Assembly (NCBI GenBank): GCA_023213395.1
Contig: CM041465.1
Location: 147,505,741-147,569,740 of the forward strand
DNA: 64,000 bases
From: Cycas panzhihuaensis
Lineage: Eukaryota; Plantae; Cycadophyta
Reading direction: 5' to 3'
Shown: positions 24,431 to 35,500 of the stretch, piece after piece
Position numbering within the stretch: position 1 is the first letter of the stretch
Layout of the letters: every line of letters starts with the position of its first letter
Notes under the pieces: generated by a model
Seen by the model: only the letters and a program-made list of their open reading frames with translations
The model's database searches: none
What the model was told of the DNA's origin: nothing
Position numbers and translations under genes: made by a program

Positions 24431-26810
24431 AATTGATAAAAAAATATTCTCCAAATAAATTTCACTTCAAGTGTTAAATCAACACATGAAATATACTCTC
24501 AAAAGGATTAAAAAACTCTTCAAAAAAATATATCAAAGTGTTAAACTATGAGAAGAAAATTATTATCAACAAAATATTCTAAAGAATATACTAATGTTTA
24601 TAACCTAATGTTATAAACATTAGTCTAATTATTTGATGTATCGACCGATCAATTTGTTGTGACCCGATCTTTTTAAGTGGCGACTCAATTTGTTTTCGGC
24701 GACTTTCTTCCGACCTTCGGTGATTGTTTTCTTGAATGACAACTCATATGGCAGCTCTGGGTGCAAATCAATAGAGGGTTGCAACTCCAAATAGCAGTAG
24801 GGCGGAGTGTGGCAGGCATCTGAACTGGTGGCGCTCTGTAGCATCAACAAACAACAGTTGTTCTACAACGTCTCGAACAATGACATCTAAGTCCATGGAG
24901 GACAACAATGGCGGCACCCAAGTGGCGACAACTGCTTTTAGGATGAACGGACGACAACACATCCACAAGCACGCGACGGAAGACCTGGTTAAATGGCGGT
25001 GATGGGTCTCTAGTAGTCGACTATTGTCTCCAGGACTAACGAACAACAACCATGGTGACAACTCGTTTCTAGACTGAAGGATAATAGCGATCCAAGCAAC
25101 CTTGGGCAGTTGGTTTTTTCCTTGAGGAACAACAGCTAGATAGTCATACAAAGAGGTAACTTACTGAATTCACATGTGATAGAAAGCAACAAGAGATCTT
25201 ACTGAATTCACACATTTATGTAAGAGGAGGCCAGTCATCTTTAAACAGAACCTAGCACAAACATGGACAGAATTCAACATACAACTATTAAAAATCTAAG
25301 TTATGAATAGCTAATAGTCTTGAGCAAGTGAGTGAATGGAGGTTAGTTCAAGACAGAACTTAGACCAAAGACACGACTTCACACAAGTGTCCATAATCTA
25401 TTTGCTCTGATACCATGTAGGAAGAATGTGGATAAGAGGAGGAGAAATGACAATACGACAAATGACTCACAACTCTCCAACAATCTTATTATCAAACATA
25501 ATATAGTACATAATTTATAAATTACAAATGTACTAAAGATAGGAGTTAGTTCTAACCATAACATAATGGCTAATTAACTACTCCCTCAAATTATGGTAGG
25601 CTATCAACTACCATATTTAATGTTGCAACCATCTTTGACCCCTACTAACCAATATATTAATGACTTTGACTAAGAATATTCTCTCATTTAGAATATTCCA
25701 TGTGAGAAAATATTCTAATTACATGAAATGAACTTAAATGAATATGTAATAGGAATGTACATTATTTCCAACACCCATGTGGTTGCGGGCCATTGTTTGG
25801 TGGTGGTGGCGAGCATGGATTTGTCAGGCAATAGTTCTCCACACAAAGATATCTTTCACTTGGAATTGGATATGAGGACCGAAAAGTGGTTCCTTCTTCA
25901 GTAATATCCAGTCATTTGGCCTACAGCTAATAGGATTGTCTTTAAATAGAAGGGAAGGCTCTATGCCTAGCACCATAGACTCATCAATTCATTATCATAT
26001 TTGGTGTACTTCAACTTCAAAAGTGGTTGTTGGGTGACATAAGACCAAGATGAAGAATTTAGAAAAGTCGCTTACCTGCAAACAACCAAAATTGACAAGA
26101 ATTCGTTATCGATTTGATTCGGCTCAAGGTTATCCCTAATCTTAAGTACAAGATTAGTTGCTCATGGATTGTCATCGAATTGCAAAACTGATTTAAGTGA
26201 AAATATCCTAATTGAATGGTGGCAAATTTTTTTAATGGTAATTTTTTTTGTAAAGATCAAATTACATTTAATTAAATTGAAATTCGTTTTGAGGTCTGTA
26301 GTAGCCCCCTAGATGTAGCTAGATGGTTTCATGTAACAACCACGCGATTAGATGCCTAAAGACAAAGGTGCTTAAAGGTATTTTAACTCAATTTTAATTC
26401 TTTAAGGACATATTGACACTTTTTGAGGCATAACTTTGTTGTATGAAGTTGGAACCAAGTACCATTGATTGCGTTGTAAAGAGGATTTAAAGATGGACAC
26501 AATAACTAGTTACAAGTTATATTTTAGAGCTTGCATCATGGAGAACCATATTGTTAAAATGAAAAATGTTTTAAGAGAAAGTTATTTGATGGATTTCATA
26601 AATCATATCTTATGTTTTTTTGTCAATTATTGGTCCTTATAAGTTGTATGGAGGTTGTATATAGAAAACCCATGGAGGTTGTTGACAATAAGTATGGAAG
26701 GACCAATTTTTAGAGGCTTTAGTACGTTGTTACAGAGGTTGTTGAAAGAGATTGTGAGGACCACTTAATGGAGGCTTTAGGAAATGAAGAAGCTACTATG
26801 TTTTGATACT

Positions 26811-27903
26811 TAACTCATTTGGCTAGCTAGGCAGTTCAACTTGTTTCCATAATAGATTACAGATGTTGGCAGAACCATGTACCCAAAGAAGTTTCCTATA
26901 AGATTAGCAGTTGCAGCAGTTGGTTATCCATGTAGTTTGGTAGATGGAGCTTTCTTTATATAGTTGGCAACAAAATTTGGTTGATTCAAAAGCTTGAAGA
27001 TGCAACTTGTACAAGTTGGAGATGTTCTCCATTTGAACCAGCATATTTGAAGGAGATAATTGTGGTGTCTGCCTTAGTGAAAATTTTAAGACAAAGGGTG
27101 TAGTGTGTTTTGATATGACATTAAACGTTATTTGGGGGGGTGTGGAAGTTGTTGTTAGATGTAATGTTTAATGTTGAATTATGTTAAAGTGTCCCTCAAC
27201 TTTCTCAACTAATATTAAATTGTGTTATTAAGGTGTGTGTATACGCACACATCCATGTATTGTCTCAATGGTGGATATAACAATTCTCATATATGATTGG
27301 ACAATCATGAGGTGACTATGTACTATAAGTATGTATTCATACTTAATACAATAATTGGATTTGATCATTTTCCACCAACTTTATTGTCTTATGTGTTTGT
27401 ACATACTTCGTTCTTTTATTCATTTCTAGTTTACATCTTTAATCACCTCATGTTGTTTACATTTTATGTTCTATATTTATATCCTTTTGTACATCATATC
27501 AGAGTTGTTCTCCGTTTATTTTTTTCAATACACTTGACATTAGGGAAAGTGAAAAAAATAAATTTCTCAAATCCATTTTGCACGCCACGAACTTTTGATA
27601 GTTGCTACTACCCAAGTCGCTTGTGTGCCTTCGTGGAGCAAATTTGATCAATTTTGAAGCAAATTCTCATGTCTAACAACTGAATCAGAGCAATATCTAC
27701 CTAATCTAAGTAGTTGCAGAGGAAATCAATGAAAAAATAAGCTAAAATATGCTATTTAAGAACATGAAATGGTGTTTTGAAAGCTACCCTCTTTTTTGGC
27801 TTTTTGAGGCAGTTTTACACTAATAAATCTCATTTGGAAGATTAAAATTGATGCCAAATGGATATTAGACTCGTTGGAAACAAACCCATGAGCAAGAAAC
27901 CTA
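26811..27903 (+). repeat. Copy 1 of a ~1.09-kb direct duplication (copy 2 at 31007-32094) flanking element I
   Basis: TAACTCATTTGGCTAGC...GAGCAAG[A/G]AACCTA is collinear in both copies, including the element-E 3' LTR and its CACTT flank. Confidence 0.92.
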
Positions 27904-30900
27904 ACCACATGAGAGTAGGTTAGTTAGTAGGAGGTTAAGGTTAGTGTAGGTTATGGGAATTAAATAAAAGACAAATAGATGATAAGATAGTTTAGAGGTA
28001 GGAGAATATAATAGTATAAAAAGAGGGTGAGGCTATTGCTCTAAATTCCCCACTCTATGTGTTGTTGAAGTTATGTCATATTAATGAAATATTATTGGTT
28101 TGGATACACTATGGCATAGTCTTGTTCGTCTTTGGTGCACTTCACCCCTATCTCCCATTCCATCCTCGTCCATCTTCTTGATTTCTTGCCTATATGTGCT
28201 TATTGAAGTGGTAATAGGGTGTTAGCCTGTTACATGTGGCATTAGAGCCAGAGTGAGGCCAACATTTTTTTCCCCTCCTTGTTTGTTGTAGGTTTTTTTC
28301 TAAGGATATAATTCCCTTCGAGGGTTTGTAATCTTGTTGAAGAGTTTTACAAAATTAAATATTTAGTTAGTAGAATTTGTATAAACCCTAGTTAGGTTAT
28401 CTTATTATTTGTTGTGCTGGTAATGCTATGTTGTAGCTATGAAATTTTAAAGGTTTTGAAAATATTCTAAAAGTCACAATCTTCTTTCCATTGGCCCGTT
28501 TATGCTTGTTGGTACGTGAGATTGTTTGCTTTAATTGTAAATTTGTGAGTGTGTGACCTCTGCCCAAACCATTGGAGAGGATGTTGTTGGGGTTTCAATC
28601 AACATAAGTGAGAAGTTGATCACTCTATGCATTTCAGCCGACACAAGTGAGAAGTTCATCACTATTTGTGTTTAATGATGTTGTGTGAGTGCCAATATTC
28701 TGCAGAGGGTAGAATGCATGCTTTTGTTGATTATAAACACTATGAGAGGGTTTATAACAACTGCATTGATTCAATGACAATAGTGGTATCATATTGTGAG
28801 ACATTAGTACTTGTCGTTGCAAGAAACACAAATGCAAATCCCTACAAATTCAACATCACACTCACAACTATTAAGAACTTTCTGGGCATCAACACTAAAA
28901 CCTCTAGGCTTTCGACATCACACTCACAACTACTGAGAACTTTCAAGGCATCAACATTGAATGACTTGTCATGGCTTGGGACCATGCCTTTGAGTCTAAC
29001 ATAGCTGAGATCTATTGTATACAAGGAGTGCACTATTTGGTCATGATTGACGTGTAGGATACATGCCAAATGTAAAGTTGGTGCCATGCAGGTTGCATGT
29101 ATGCCACAAAGATTTGATGTGAAATATCTCTATTTTTGACTATTTTTATCCTAAAATAAAACTATGAAGAATTGCACCCCTATATGGTGACCTTGCAGAT
29201 GGAAATTTGTTGGTTTTTCGTTGAGATACGTTTGGTTAAAGATCATAGCCCATGCATAGACCGAACAATGGATCTTTTTGGATCAAAAATTATATTTACA
29301 TTTTTTAAAGTTGTATGTTCACTTAAATTGCATTGAATGTGATTATGGATTTGCCCAACTCCTTTCACTCAAGTCCTATGGTCGTATGGCATCATTCAAC
29401 ATGCCCAAGAGCAAAACGAAGGGGGCTTAACATTAATTATAAGAGTTGCTTCAAAAATTTAATACCCATTTGCACAATTTTAGTTATATCTTCTTCATAC
29501 TGTCTTAGAATTCAGGTTTATCTATTTCGTCGGATTCCTTGTTTCACAGGCTTTAGTTTGGACTATTATATGGCATATTTTGGGCTTTCCTTGTGGTAGT
29601 TATTAAAATTCGAAGTTGCATCTTGTAATTACATGCCACTTTATAATGTACATTTTGGACCTTTTTTAAGGTTGTTCAGACTTTGGCTGTGAAATCGTTG
29701 TTCTTGAGGCCTCAATGTCTCCATTACAATAAAAAAAGAAGGCGGGGGTGGGGGGGGGGGGAGGGGAAGAAAAGAGAGAAAAATCATCATGATCAAACTC
29801 CTCCACTTCAGTCTTAATGATTCAGTGACTTTCGATGACTAGCTTGTGACCTTGTAAACATACTTTAAACAAGTTAATCTGTTGGAGTATGACAAAGTTT
29901 ATGAAGGCATTGAATATTTGCAAGGTCAACTTCATTATTGGGTACGATAGTGGTCATGTGATACATACATGGGTGGTATCTGTATTACTTGGGATCTCTT
30001 CATTTTTGCACTTTGCTTAGAGATTCAATAACTTTGTCCATATTGTCTTACGAAAGAACAGGCTTAGCAAAATGAGGAAGAAAGGAGGATAACATTACGA
30101 AACCTAGCCAATAATCTTAAGAATTAGCTAACGAATTCAAAGCATCTTACTCCAAAGCATCCTTTACTCCGTTGACATCTCAGTTAGCATTGTTTGAAAC
30201 TTCACCAAAAGAAGTTTTAGAGGAACAATAGAAGGATTCAACAAGTGAGGTTTTGCATGAGTAAAATCTTTTACCCACACAACATAAAAGCAAAACAACT
30301 GAATCCTTAGAGGACCATGATCATCTCTACTTCTAGTGTGAAATCATAAGTGGAAAGCATACACTTCTAACATTCAAGCTACAGGATTATTTGGGCCCTA
30401 GTTTTGGTAGATCGTCAATCTACTACACCATGGGACCACATTTATTTCACAAGGAGACCAAGTCAAAGGGGCTGCCCCATTCTGCTTATTGCCCAATAGA
30501 AATTTCATATGGTGTTCAACTTCCCTCACCATCAAAATAGAAGTGAACAATTTTCATTCAGGATCAAACCGCTACAGTAGACATCATATCAACAGTAGGT
30601 GGTGATCACATGCATTTTTATATTAAGATGCTTTGAGGGCAAAGAATGGGGGAGGGAGTGTGATGAGCCTTCACCATATGAGAGTAGGTTAGTAGGAGGT
30701 TAAGGTTAGTGTAGGTTATGGGAATTAAATAATAGCCAAATAGAGGATAGGCTAGTTTAGAGGTAGGAGAATATAATATTATGAAAAGAGGGTGAGGCTA
30801 TTGCTTTAAATACCCCATTCTATGTATTGTTTAAGTTATGTCATATTAATGAAATATTATTGGTTTGGACACACTACAATGTAGTCTTGTTTGTCTTTGA

Positions 30901-31006
30901 TGCATTTCACCCTCATCTCCCATTCTATCTACTTCCATCTTCTTAATTTTTTGTTCATATGTGCTTATTGCTTATTGAAATGATAACAGGGTGTTGGTCT
31001 ATTATA
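27904..31006 (+). mobile_element. Element I: non-autonomous gypsy-type element (5' LTR ~27904-28234 lacking its first ~14 bp, PBS 28237-28248, gag relic ~29790-30100, PPT ~30648-30658, 3' LTR 30659-31006)
   Basis: The LTR pair aligns. PBS TGGCATTAGAGC, PPT GGGGGAGGGAG, and gag-like TYFKQVNL..DKV..EYLQGQLHYW. Confidence 0.85.
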
Positions 31007-32094
31007 TAACTCATTTGGCTAGCGAGGTAGTTCATCATGTTCCTAGAATGGTTGACAAATGTAGGTAGAACCATGTACTTAAAGAAGTTTTTTATAAGAC
31101 TGGCGGTTGCAATGGCTAGTTACCCATGCAATCTGGTAGATGGAGCTTTCTTTATATGAATGTCAACAAAATTTGGTTGATTCAATAACTTGAAGATAGA
31201 ACTTGTACGAGTTGGAGATGTTCTCTATTTTTTCCAACATATTTGAAGGAGAAAATTGTGGTGCTTGCCTTGGTGAAAATTTTAAGACAAAGTATGTAGT
31301 GTGTTTTGATGTGACATTAAACGTTATGGTGGGGGTGGGGGTGTGAGAGGGAGTGTTAGATGTAATGTTTAATGTTGAATTATGTTAAAAGTATCCCCCA
31401 ACTCTCTCAATTAATATTAAATTATGTCATTAAGGTGTGTGCATGTGCAGATGTCCATGTATTGTCCCAATAGTGGACATAATGGTTCTCATATGTGATT
31501 GGACAATTGTGATGTGACTATGCATTATAAGTATGTATTCACATTTAATACAATAATTGGACTTGATTATTTCCCACCAACTTTATTGCCTTACGTGCTT
31601 GTACATACCTCATTCTTTGATTCATTTGTAGTTTACATCTTTATTCACCTCATGCTATTTACATGTTATGTTCTATGCTTATATCTTTTTGTACATCGCA
31701 TCAGAGTTGTTCTCAACTTTGTTTTTTCAACACACTTAACATTAGGTAAACTGAAAAATAAAAAATGAATTTATCAAATCAATTTTGCACACCACAGACT
31801 TTTGATAGCCGCAATGCCCAAAGTTGTCCATGTGCCTTCGTGGAGCAAGTTTGATTGATTCTAATGCAAATTCTCATGTTTAACAATTCAATCAAAGCAA
31901 TATCTACCTAATCCAAGCAACTACACAGGAAATCAATGAAAAATTGATTTAAAATATGCTATTTAAGAGCATGAAATGGGGTTTTAAAAGCTGCACTCTT
32001 CTTTGGCTTTCTAATAAATCTCGTTCTAAATATTGGAATTGATGCCAAGTGGATCTTAGACTCATTGGAAACAAACCCACGAGCAAGGAACCTA
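31007..32094 (+). repeat. Copy 2 of the ~1.09-kb duplication; contains a duplicate element-E 3' LTR (31354-31732) followed by CACTT
   Basis: Collinear with 26811-27903. Confidence 0.92.
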
Positions 32095-32594
32095 CAAAAA
32101 TGAAGCTTTTGAAGTGATCAATGAGGCAAAAAATGTCTCTATGGCAGAACCAACTCCCTTTTCACTAAGAAACCCTTTGTGGGTTTGCTTAAAGGCTATA
32201 AAAATTAGTAAAGGAGATCCCCATTGCAAAATACCAAGCTCACAAGCAGAAGTACATGTATAGACTTAGAAATTTTCCATTAAATAAACCATGGGCTCTG
32301 AAACCATGTTGAAAATATGAGTGAAAAACAAGAAGTAAATAAGAGCAAGACAAGATCATAATTGCACCATGACTTACAAGAAATAATCTTGTATTAAATC
32401 ACAAATGAATACAATAAGCTCTCAGTCTACTCTCCTTGTATCAATCAATCACTTCATTGAATTCATAAAGGTAAGATCACTCATTGTTAATAATGAGAGC
32501 GCGAGCAAAAGAATAAAGTAGTAAAGCAAGGAAACATCAAGGTACAATTCATGCATGCTCTTACATGTTAGAGAACAAATATAGAAATAAAACT

Positions 32595-35500
32595 TGTAAC
32601 AAAACCTTGATGAAGAATGAATTCACTCTCTCTGATTCTTTATTGATGATTCATTGCATATATATACAAGTACAAGATAGGTGCAAATGGCAACCGCTCA
32701 ACTACGTGATGCTACTTGTCAATATAAGACAAAAGGGGGAAGAGGTACAAGACCCTCACATTAAATATTATGACCTAATGTAGAACATTACCTTTTACAC
32801 CCCCTCTTAATGTTTTACCTATCTTAACCCCAGTAGGTTTCTGAAAGCACTAAATTTCTCTTTTCCAAGAGGTTTAGTGAATACATCAGCAATTTGATCT
32901 TCTGAATGACAATGTTGAAGCTCAATTTCTCTACTTTGTGCCTTTTCCTTGATAAAATGATGGTGTACCTCTATATGTTTTGTTCTAGCATGTAATACAG
33001 GATTCTTCGTCATTTTTATGGTGCTTTGATTATCACAGAATATTTGAGTAGACATTGTTTGTTCTTCTCCCAGTTCCTTCAGAAGTTGTCTGATCCATAT
33101 TCCTTCACAGGCTGCGTTGACTGCTGACTTATATTCTGCTTCTCTTGAGAACAATGCAACCGCCGGCTGCTTTTTACTGCTCCAGGAAATCAAAGATTTT
33201 CCAAGGAAGAAGCAATACCCTGATGTTGACTTTCTGTCTGTTTTATCTCCAGCCCAGTCTGAATCACAGAGACCTATTAATTGTGTATTATTTTCTTTAT
33301 CATATTTCAGGCCAAGATTCATGGTTCCTTTCAGATATCGTAAGATTCTTGTTGCGGCATTCTAATGTGGGATTTTGGGACTTTCCATAAATCTGGAAAT
33401 CAATCCTACAGCATACAAAATGTTTGGCCGTGTGGCGGTGAGATAAATTAAGCTTTCAACTAGTTGTCTGTATTGTGTGGCGTCGACTGGAGCTGCATCT
33501 TGTTCTGTATTCAATATTAGCCCTGTTTCCATTGGTGTGCTGACAATATTACAATTTTCTATTCTAAACTTGCTCAGCAAGTTCTTTACATACGTTGTTT
33601 GTGAGAGAGTAATGGAAGAATTGTTTTGTTTAATTTCTATTCCAAGGTAATAATGCAACATTCATGAATTCGTCATTTCAAATACCTTTTCAAACTTATT
33701 TTTAATGAATGCTATTGAATTTTTGTCATCTCCAGTAATCAACATGTCATCCACATACACTACAACAATGGAGATTGATCCTGAATTACCTTTTACATAC
33801 AGACTATGATCCGATTCACATCGATGAAAGCCATTTTCTGTCAAGTATGAATCCAATTTAGCATACCAAGCCCTTCGAGCTTGTTTAAGTCCATACATTG
33901 CTTTCTTCAATTTACAAACCATGTTTTCTTGTCCTGGTTTTATGTATCCTTCTGGTTAATACATGTACACCTCTTCCTGCAGGTCTCCATTCAAGAATGC
34001 ACTTTTGACGTCCATTTGATAAAATTTCCAACCTTTTTGAGCAGCAAGAGCAATCACTTTGTTCTTCATGTTCAATTTTGCCACCGGTGAAAATGTTTCT
34101 TCGTAATCTATTCCTCATTGCTTGTGTATAACCTTTTGCTACCAGTCTGGCCTTGTATTTTTCTATTTCTCCATTTGGCTTCTCTTTTATCTTGTATACC
34201 CATTTACAGTTTACAATGGGTTTATCTTCAGGAATTGGGACCAGGTCCCATGTCTTGTTCCTTTGTATGGCTTCAATTTCAGCATCCATCGCCATTCTCC
34301 AATTTTGAGAGCTACTTGCTTCCTTATAGGAGTTTGGTTCAATGGAATAGAACAATGTTTGAGGTTTTTGTGATCTTGTTCGATGTTCAAATATCTCTCC
34401 TTTTGTTTCCTCAAGAGTTTTAAGGTACCACCTTGGTACTCTTTTTGAGGTGCATTCTTGTGGCGACTTATTTTCTTTATCTCTGGAATTAGAGCTGCTG
34501 TCTAACCGGAGGTTGCGACTACTGGTTAGTTGCTTATCTGGAATATTATCTTCTGAGGGATCTTCCTCTGTCTCAATTCTTTATGAAGTTATATCAGACT
34601 TGTCTTCCAGCTAGTTAGGACATACATCCAAATAATCTTCATCAATCTGCACTACTGTATCAACATTTTCCTTTTTCTCATCAAATATTACATCTCTACT
34701 GACATAAAGCTTATCTGTTTTTGGATCCATGCACCTGTAGGCCTTCGAATGGTTGCTATATCCAACCATTATGCATTCTATGCTTTTATTGTCCAATTTA
34801 GCTCTTTTCTTATCTCGAATGTGAACATAGGCCTTGTAGCCAAATATTTTGAAATGGCTTACGTCAGGTTTGTGGCCTGACCAGACTTCTTCAAGAGTTA
34901 TATTGTCTAAGGATTGAGTAGGGCTCCTGTTAATCAAATATATAGCTGTATGTACAGCTTCTACCCAATATTTCTTTGCTAAATCCCTATTATTGAGCAT
35001 GCAACGAGCCATTTCTACGATTGTTTTGTTCATTCTTTCTGCAATTCCATTGGACTAAGGTGTATAAGGTGTTGTTAGTTGTTTTTGAATTCCATGTATT
35101 TTGCAAAAATGAATGAATTCATTGGACATAAACTCTCCACCCCTATCTGAATGAACATATTTGATCTTTTGACCACTTTCCAATTCACTTGCAGCTTTAA
35201 ATTCTTTAAAATATCCAAATGTTTCTGATTTACTGGATAGAAAGTACACCCAAGTTTTCTAGAAAAATCATCAATGAAGGTCAAGAAATACCTTGATCCA
35301 TTTGTTGAGTTAGGCGTAAACGGTCCACATAGATCAGTGTATATTAATTCCAATCTGCATCGTGCTCGCCAGGTACTCCTTGAAAACAGAGTTCTGTGTT
35401 ATTTTTCCATCATACAACTTTTACATACAAAATGATTAAATGAAATATCTGGCAGTCCATTTACCGTGTTATATTTTTTTAATCTTTCTAACCTATCATG

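Larger units (their letters stand above)
21825..25773 (-). mobile_element. Element H: internally deleted copia derivative (5' LTR 25416-25773, PBS 25404-25415, 3' LTR 21825-22231, PPT ~22232-22239, RNase H relic ~22260-22650)
   Basis: The LTRs are highly similar; the left copy has a ~35-bp insertion and a ~15-bp tandem duplication. GCTCTGATACCA PBS and ISWISKKQSTV motif are present. Confidence 0.88.
21400..26150 (+). pseudogene. Putative captured F-box/kelch-type (UFO/At5g15710-like) gene relic inside element E, in two pieces (~21400-21824 and 25774-~26150) split by element H
   Basis: Frameshift-joined translations: INDDII*SILRI..Y*YGTDCK (F-box-like); DDSNK-FRILATSS..AYEIYNVI-KWKQLCPMS; HVVAGHCLVVVA..IFHLELDMRTEKWFLLQ*YP..GRLY..LVYFNFKSGCW. 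Recognised by eye only. Confidence 0.5.
20891..27530 (+). mobile_element. Element E: non-autonomous LTR element (5' LTR 20891-21265, PBS 21266-21277, 3' LTR 27153-27530), TSD CACTT, inserted in the leader of C and itself interrupted by H
   Basis: The LTR pair aligns. Perfect PBS TGGTATCAGAGC. CACTT at 20886-20890 and 27531-27535. G-rich PPT before 27153. Confidence 0.9.

Noticed and set aside
21820-25778. TSD for element H
   Set aside because: The flanks TAGCC and CCCAT do not match without assuming extra mutations, so no TSD is claimed.
21034-31768. Similar hydrophobic ORFs at 21034, 27297 and 31499 as a membrane-peptide family
   Set aside because: They are translations of the T-rich part of three copies of the same LTR.
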